64,000 nt of DNA from Octopus sinensis (taxonomy: Eukaryota). The stretch covers positions 59,210,001-59,274,000 of the forward strand of contig NC_043008.1 in assembly GCF_006345805.1 (NCBI RefSeq), in the 5' to 3' direction. The number at the start of each line of letters is the position of its first letter. Within the stretch, counting starts at the first letter, position 1. Shown here piece after piece: positions 62,968-64,000 of this stretch. Both the position numbers and the translations under genes were made by a program. The notes below the pieces were generated by a model, which was not told the origin of the DNA, made no database searches, and worked only from the letters and a program-made list of their open reading frames with translations.

Positions 62968-63405
62968 TGAGTGAGAGAGCAGTATATGCCATCGGAGTGA
63001 CACGAAGCACAGTATATCCGTCACAAACCTATGTGCGCGACATGGTGATCCCATATCAAGATTTACAGCGCATGACCTTGCAGTTGGGGCCCAGTTAGAA
63101 TTTTCCTCAGCTCGTGTAGCCCATCCTGCTCAAAAAGTCCTTGAATAATGATTGTTTAAAAATGTTGAAAAAACACCCATGTTTCCAAAGGTGAATTATT
63201 CAAACTCCAAAAAATTCCTCTCAACACATGGCTATGATGTTCCCCCACTACTTCTGCTCATGATCAGAGATGCACATATCATCAGCCACTAAGAGACATG
63301 ATCACCTGGTTAAGGTCAAACAACTGTAGACTATCATATACAAAACAATGTACACGATAACACTTCCAATCGGTTAAGATCAGAAAACATGAAGGCCACT
63401 GCTTG
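62968..63405. mobile_element. Dispersed repeat, second copy of 34957-35500 with internal deletion
   Basis: Shared blocks; also abuts (TTA)n. Confidence 0.85.
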
Positions 63406-63438
63406 TATTATTGTTATTATTATCATCACCATCATCAT

Positions 63439-63489
<51 letters not shown>

Positions 63490-63497
63490 GCTTATTA

Positions 63498-63720
63498 AAG
63501 CGGCGAGCTGGCAGAATTGTTAGCACTCCGGACGAAATGCTTAGCTTTACTTCGTATGGTTTTAAGCTCTGAAATCAAATTCCGCCGAGGTCGACTTTTT
63601 TAAAATCCTTTTCGGGGTCGATAAATTAAGTACCAGTGAAATACTGGGATCGATATATTCGACTAGTCTCGTCCCCACAAAATTTCAGGCCTTATGCCTT
63701 TAGTGGAAAGGATTATTATT
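63498..63720 (+). mobile_element. SINE family A variant with (ATT)n tail
   Basis: gcggcgagctggcagaattgttagcac head; ttcggggtcgataaattaagtaccag core. Confidence 0.85.
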
Positions 63721-63729
63721 ATTATTATC

Positions 63730-63731
63730 AT

Positions 63732-63809
<78 letters not shown>

Positions 63810-63846
63810 AGTAGCAGCAGCAGCAGCGGCGGCGGCAGCGGCAGTG

Positions 63847-63935
<89 letters not shown>

Positions 63936-64000
63936 AGTAGCAGCAGCAGCAGCGGCGGCGGCAGCGGCAGTGGTGGTGGTGGTAGTAGTAGTAGTAGTAG
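63730..64000. repeat. (TAG)n tract with a duplicated CAG/CGG/TGG cassette
   Basis: agagtagcagcagcagcagcggcggcggcagcggcagtggtggtggtgg occurs at about 63808 and 63933. Confidence 0.92.

Noticed and set aside
58973-64000. Further upstream SLC22 exons (TM7-TM9)
   Set aside because: None recognised on the minus strand; region is mostly repeats, so they probably lie beyond the window

Overview
Eukaryotic, AT-rich, extremely microsatellite-dense DNA. The repeat landscape suggests an octopod cephalopod (Octopus), which is an inference. Most ORF-track entries are translation artefacts of simple repeats. One host gene is well supported: three phase-compatible 3-prime exons of an SLC22-family MFS transporter on the minus strand (58852-58972, 56612-56684, 54113-54274); its 5-prime exons were not found in the window. 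The rest is mobile DNA: a near full-length Penelope-like element (RT + C-terminal GIY-YIG, ~730-bp direct terminal repeats, 37709-43153), RLE-type, CR1-type and L1/Tx1-type LINE relics, mariner, pogo/Tigger, MULE and Helentron-type DNA elements, and several tRNA-derived SINE families. The most notable signal is a dense and diverse set of type-I hammerhead ribozyme motifs (about 15 copies, at least 5 sequence families). They occur in Penelope termini, in a tRNA-headed SINE-like element, in 545/562-bp retrozyme-like fold-back concatemers with covarying stems, and as a stand-alone 48-bp island inside a TA microsatellite. Ribozyme folds were assigned by eye and activity is untested. Boundaries of degenerate repeats are approximate.
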